In this document: positions 58,504 through 64,000 of the stretch, piece after piece
How positions within the stretch are numbered: the first letter of the stretch is position 1
Layout of the letters: each line of letters opens with the position of its first letter
Assembly (NCBI GenBank): GCA_010909165.1
Contig: MU008154.1
Span: forward strand, 981,478 to 1,045,477
Source of the DNA: Anthoceros angustus
Taxonomy: Eukaryota; Plantae; Anthocerotophyta
Reading direction: 5' to 3'
Length of the DNA stretch: 64,000 nt
Notes under the pieces: generated by a model
What the model was told of the DNA's origin: nothing
The model's input: only the letters and a program-made list of their open reading frames with translations
Database searches by the model: none
Position numbers and translations under genes: made by a program

Positions 58504-59046
58504 GGAACAGATCGTGTGAAGGAACAGTCTCTCAAAACTAACAAGAGGACGTGAGATGCGAGTTTCTACACTCACTGCGAGGTACTGATCTACATGCGCG
58601 GTGAATCCAGGTGGTCTCTCATGAACATGGTTTTAGGCACGGTCTCCGCATCTGCACCGGGCAGCAGATTAGGCGTCTTGTCGCATCTGCACCGCTTTTT
58701 CGATCGGTTCGCCGCGATGAGAAGTGCATAGCTTTGAAAACCTGATTTGAAAACCTGGACTTCAAAACCGACGGGTTTGGAATTCGTTCATCCGGGTATG
58801 GAAAGCCGGGTATGGAAATGCTGATCTGAGAACGGTGCAAAACCCGAGTATGCGACGGAACCACAAACCGATGTTCTTTGCTATGTCGTGTATGTCGATA
58901 TGAAGCCGGTTCATCGGGTTGCGCGGTACATCGGGTTGCGCGTCCGCACGGGTGTGCAGACCGTATTTGCCTTAATGGCCATCGGGTATCGATGGGAAAG
59001 CGTGCCTAAGCTACTTGCACCAAGGCCATCCACTCCCTGTAAGCAC

Positions 59047-59154
59047 CCCATCTAAGTACCGATCTAAGCGCCCATCTAAGTACCGATCTAAGCGCCCATC
59101 TAAGTACCGATTTAAGCGTCGATCTAAGCGCCCATCTAAGTACCGATCTAAGCG
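59047..59154. repeat. Tandem CCCATCTAAGTACCGATCTAAGCG (12/24-bp periodicity)
   Basis: Directly visible, ~4.5 units. Confidence 0.85.
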
Positions 59155-59156
59155 CA

Positions 59157-59217
59157 GGATGCTTAATAAGCACGTTCTTATAAACGTGCTTTATAAGAAC
59201 GTGCTTATTAAGCATCC
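59157..59217. other. Perfect 28-bp inverted repeat with a 5-nt loop
   Basis: GGATGCTTAATAAGCACGTTCTTATAAA-CGTGC-TTTATAAGAACGTGCTTATTAAGCATCC. Confidence 0.95.
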
Positions 59218-59427
59218 GCATCTATCCTGTATCAAGCAGCGTCCGCATTGAGTCTGTAAGGTTGGATAATCGTAATAGAAATGGAAACCTATCGACAGGC
59301 TACTCTGCTGACGTCCGACTGCTGCAGCTGAACCTGTGACGCACGCGGTGGCACTGTGTACTGACCCAAGCCCGTTCGTAAAATAATAAGGCTGGGTGTG
59401 TAATGTACAACTGAACAGAACAGTTCC

Positions 59428-62380
59428 CTATTTTGGAACATTGGACAAATCCTTTGTCCTTTTGCGACTAGGAGGTAACTTGGTTTCGGGACTCTTTTCT
59501 GGCAGAGGCTGATTCGTCAGCGCGAAGGTGTCCTCTGTTGTCGACTGCATCAGCCACGACTTCAAAACCGCGCCGTGACTCACAATTCGACCCTCGTTCC
59601 AAGGAGCGAACTGAAAGGGGGCACCCAAGGATGACAGGCTTGAGTAGATTGCGTTGGCCACCGGCAATTCCTTCACGTTTGTCTCAGGATCTAGAGCGCC
59701 CCACCTGGAATCAGCCAGCACATTCGTGTGTGAGCCGCTGGCTGGCAACTTTGATGAAAACAGATGACAAAATCACTCGGACAACTCACTTTGTAACTAT
59801 GCTTAGCACTGGAGGAAACTCCTCCTCCAAAGAAGCCGCCTCTCTAAGATCATTCAACCACACTGCCAAAGCTACTAGAGCAGCTCCTGTTCCCATCCTG
59901 CATGCACAAGAGCGTGTTTAAGACTGACAGAAGTAATCTGTGAAGATCGTTTGGATGGTGACAAAAAGGGTCATGGCCACCAACCTGTGAATGTCGATGG
60001 ACCACATTAAGGGGCTTCTATGATATGCCTCAGCAAAGACGCCCCTTCGTCTTGCCCCTTCAAGTACTTGCACAGCCCTTTGCCTTTGGTTGAACCCCCA
60101 TAGCACTTCAAGGAGGCCACTAAAGAATACCATGTTGCTACCTACCCCATCCACTTTCAGATTGTCAAACTCATGTTCCACCATCTGCCATTTCGTACCC
60201 ATATCATACTTCCCCCTAATTAAACCCGAGACAACTACATGCAGCTCTGGCATCTTGTGTCCCTGCATTTCGTCTAGCAACTTGTGTGCATCGTCCCATC
60301 TAACGACAAAGACCACAGTCATTTCATCAACATCAACCAGAAAACAACAAGGTCCTCAATGCTCAGAGCAGCACCGTCATGATGAATACCGTAAAACTCA
60401 CCTACTACGCCTTGCACACACAGCAAGCATGAGGCAGTAGGAAGTTGCCTGGGGGACACCGCCACCCTCCTTCATCTCTAAGAACTGGGCCTTTGCCTCG
60501 TCAAAGAGGCCCGCATGACAATACACACCCAAAAGAGCTTCATGAGTCTGTTGATTGGGCCGATGCCGAACCTCCTGCATGTCCTGAAAGATAGCTATCG
60601 CATCATTGTGCAAACCGACACGACCATAGGCCTGTATCAAGGAGTTGAATGTTCGAACGGATGCTGGAATGCCAGCATCGTGCATGCTGACAAGTGTTGC
60701 TCCGGCCTCCTGATACAGGCCACCCTGAGCATATGTTTCGATAAGAGCATCATAGACACCCTGGTCTGGCTCACATTCGGCCTCCAGCATACTCCTGAAA
60801 GTGATCTCTGCCTCTTGATACATGGCTGCCTTCCCATAGGCATTGATCAGCCCAGTGTAAACCTCGGCAGTGGGATCCACATTGTTCTTCAACATGTGCC
60901 TGTAGATCTGGGTGGCCTCCTTATGGAGTCCCCCCTTCCCACAAGAGTAGAGCAGCCCTGTGTAGGTCAGCATGTTAGGCTCCACACCTCCATCCAGCAT
61001 ATCATGAAAAAGACTGATTGACTCCCTGAAGTAGCCTCCCTGTCCAAAAACTTGGATCAGGGTGTTGTAAGTTACCACATTGGGATCTGTCCCTCTGTTC
61101 TTCATGTCTAGAAAAAGACCTCTCACCTCATCGTAGCTGCCATGTTTACCGTAGGCTTCCAACAACGTACTATATGTGCTCACGTCAGGAGGGCATCCTG
61201 CCTCCTGCATCTGCTTAAAGACCGCAGCAGCTGCTCCAATAGTTCCAGCCTTAGAGTACGCCTCTATCAAGACGTTATACGCCAACACATCTGGAACGTT
61301 TCCCGCCCTTTCCATTTCCCTCAGCAGCTCGGCAGCACCCTCATACAGTCCAGCGCGACCGTACGTGTCCACCAGTGACGTGTACGTAATGAGGTCAGGC
61401 ACAACACCAGCCTCATTCATCGTCCTGAACACCATTCCCGCCTCCTCCACAAGGCCCCTGCTGCTGCAGGCACTGAGCAGGGTGTTGTAAGTGATGATAT
61501 CCGGTTGAATCCCCTCATGCCTCATCTGTGCAAAGAGCCCCAGCAACCCCTCCCAATCAAGCCCGCCCTTGGCACAGGCGTTGATCACCGTGTTATAGGT
61601 GATCAAATTAGGAGTCACCCGCTCCCTCTTCATCCGGGCCAGCAGAGCCAGCGAGGCCTGGTGCTGCCCGTTCCTGCCATACGCATTGATCAACGCGGTG
61701 AAGGAATACACATTCCACTCCACGTCATTAGCAGGCATCTCCTCAAACAGCTCCGAGCACTTCTCCAACAACCCCTCCCTTCCCATGATCCCTATCACGA
61801 TGGTGTAGATATGCTCATTGGGCTTGCACCACTGCTGCCGCTGCATGTACTTGAACAGCCGCAAGGCTCTGTGCCAGTCCCCGCGCTGAGCGAATTCCCG
61901 GAAAATGAGCGAGAAGTCCTGCATGGACAGCCGGTTCCTGAAGCTCTCCATGCACCTGGCTATGCTCCCCCTGGGCGCCAGCGCACTCAACTGGTTGATG
62001 GCATTCTCCACGTCGTAGCTGTACTTCCCCTTCTCCACCTCCATGACCTCCACCTGAGCCTTGGCCGCCTTAGGTGGCGGACCCGACGGCTTGCCCTGTC
62101 TGCCTCCCCCGTCCTTCTGCTGCGAATTCACCACCTCTGTCCGCTCTTGGTACACCGTCACCGAGCTCACCACCAGCCCCCTGCTCCGAATCCTGCTCCT
62201 CAAGCTCCTGCTGCTGCCGATGCTGCTGCTGCTGCTGCTCCATATCATCCCCAAGCAGGGACAGCGGGATCCCACCTCCTTCCATCTCCCGCTGCTCAAA
62301 CTGCAGATTTTTCCTGAAAGGTTGGGCTGGAGCAACCCCCAGGGCAAACAGTCCTGCCGCCAGCACTGCTGCACGGCCAT
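59428..62380 (-). CDS. PTAC2: pTAC2/PAP2 PPR-SMR protein of plastid-encoded RNA polymerase; exons 62380-60402, 60299-59985, 59897-59790, 59704-59428
   Basis: EKGKYSYDVE..PRGSIARC..FAQRGDWHRALRLFKYMQRQQWCKPNEHIYTI is diagnostic of pTAC2. Tandem P-type PPRs and an SMR region (WSIDIHR|MGTGAALVALAVWL..WNEGRI). Phase-consistent GT-AG introns. Confidence 0.96.
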
Positions 62381-62999
62381 GGCGCTGCCTCACAGCCACC
62401 TGTCGGGCCTCATTGGAACCACAGCCCGCGCAAGCCCAGCCAGCTTAGGGCGCAGTTCCGTGTTGCTTCTGTATTTTGGTCGCGTGCAAGTGGACCTGAA
62501 TCCTCCCTTGCTGTGTAGAGTTCTCTCTAACACAATGTTGAATGGTCTTCTTCCTTGTAATTAGAGTTCCCAATTGTATATACCTCAAGTTCTCTCATTT
62601 CTGGACCTGGATTCTTTGTTTGCTGTAAGTGAAGTAGATTAATGTGTGCCCTCATCTCACCCTTGTTTGCCACGGTTACACGGACCTGGTACTCCTTCTA
62701 GAAAGGGTACAATCCTTGTGAAAATAAAGAATGGGTGCACTTCTTTTTAAACCTTTTTCTCTTACTTTTGTTATATTTTGCACTAGCAGTGCAGTCATTC
62801 TTGAACATGCTTTTCCCTAGTTTTTGATGTGTATGAATTTGCAATCGAAGCCCTTTACAAAAAATTTTAGAATTACTTCTGGCTCGTGATGTATTTGGAA
62901 CTTTCATTCATTTGACTTGTAGCTGACCAAAAGGCCGGCCTCATTAGAAACAGAATTGGACGGGAGAGAAAAGACATGGCATGAGACATTACGCATGTA

Positions 63000-63340
63000 T
63001 TTGCATTCACTGCTGCACATACTTGCAAATTGTTGTGTAGCCTTACTATTCATGTTAAGACCGGCATTATATTCACTGGTGCAGGAACTTGCACATTGTT
63101 GTGTAGCCTTACTTATTTACATGAGAACAGCATAATTGCATTCACTGTTGCACATTGTTGTGTAGCCTTACTTATTCACATGAGAACAGCATAATTGCAT
63201 TCACTGCTGCACGAACTTACGCGTACATTGTTCTGTACCCTTGCTTTTCATGCTTGCACATTGTTGTGTAGCCTTGTTTTTCATGTGAGAACGACATTGC
63301 ATTCACCGCTGCATGAACTTGCACATAGTTGTGTAGTATC
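63000..63340. repeat. Degenerate ~60-70-bp tandem array
   Basis: TTGCATTCACTG.TGCAC..ATTGTTGTGTAGCCTT occurs ~5 times. Confidence 0.8.
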
Positions 63341-64000
63341 GCAAACTTGGGGAAAAGTGGTGTTCTTAAGCCCAAGTAATAGCTAATTATTATTATCCTT
63401 AAATTACTAATTTTTATCTAAAATAATTATAAGATTAGTAGATTCCGAGTTAGTGTAGTGTAGTATTCAACACCAGATTGCCAAGAGTCCATTTCCCTAC
63501 AATGTCCTTCAAACGATTTTACAGAATTGTTTTGAGGTAAATATTTTTTAGATTATTTGAGAAAATTAGAGGAGGCAGCCGCAAGTGAGCCCCTCCTCTT
63601 GTGCTAAACCATTCCTCATTCTGATGTGTTCATAATTACTTTTGCTATAGAATCTTTGCATGAATTTCTTTCCCAGCATACCTGTGCCCTTGGCCCTTGG
63701 TTTCCTCCAACCCTTGAAGGATTGCTATCCTTTTTACATAGCACGATGGAGGAAATGGAGCCAAATACTTTGAAACCAAAACCAAAGCCATCCGCTTAAG
63801 CCATAGTGGACTTAAATAAAATTCTTCTTCGTCTTGCTACAAGCTTCATATTCAAATTACTACCGTTATGCTTCAGTCCTAGTGCTCTTTCCAGACTTAG
63901 TGCTTGTTGTTGTTGAGCAAATGATTTTTCCTGTTGCGAAATTTTTGTTCTTCTGTGCGTTTGAGGCTTGCTGATATTCTGAGAGCGCTTCCGCCATCAG

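Larger units (their letters stand above)
55102..59001 (+). mobile_element. Mutator-like DNA transposon (MULE), 3900 bp, with 33-bp TIRs and 9-bp TSD GTGCCTAAG
   Basis: TSD at 55093-55101 and 59002-59010. The TIR core GATACCCGATGGCCATTAAGGC (55113-55134) is the perfect inverse of 58969-58990, and 7 of the 11 terminal bases match. Internal transposase fragments. Confidence 0.92.

Noticed and set aside
59157-59260. Helitron 3' terminus
   Set aside because: The hairpin is long and AT-rich and is not followed ~10-15 nt later by CTRR.

Overview
Gene-dense nuclear DNA from a non-flowering land plant with flagellated sperm. An SSNA1/DIP13 gene is present, and the mostly ~80-110 nt introns and GC-rich genes would fit a hornwort-like genome (inference). 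Genes, in order: a secreted Gnk2/DUF26 protein, an IQD, SEP2, two L-type-LecRK-family kinases that both lack the lectin ectodomain, a 7-exon membrane-anchored cyclophilin-like gene missed by the ORF track, an intronless PLATZ, SSNA1, two orphan ORFs (one very basic, one very acidic), two tandem NPF6/NRT1.1-like transporters, an intronless SNX1 and pTAC2. Non-genic content: a tandemly duplicated chromovirus (Ty3/gypsy) integrase-chromodomain remnant, a degraded TORNADO1-like LRR-ROC-COR gene split by a repetitive insert, and a 3.9-kb MULE with TIRs and a perfect 9-bp TSD. The MULE is nested in an unclassified repeat-rich element carrying (GGGGCAT)n, an ATTGAGTC minisatellite and a 28-bp perfect hairpin. 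The best candidates for something new are the AT-rich SSNA1/basic-orphan/acidic-orphan island, the ectodomain-less kinase pair and the unclassified host element. Some repeats show deletion-rich errors typical of unpolished long reads. Exon coordinates were derived by hand, and family assignments rest on motif recall rather than database searches.
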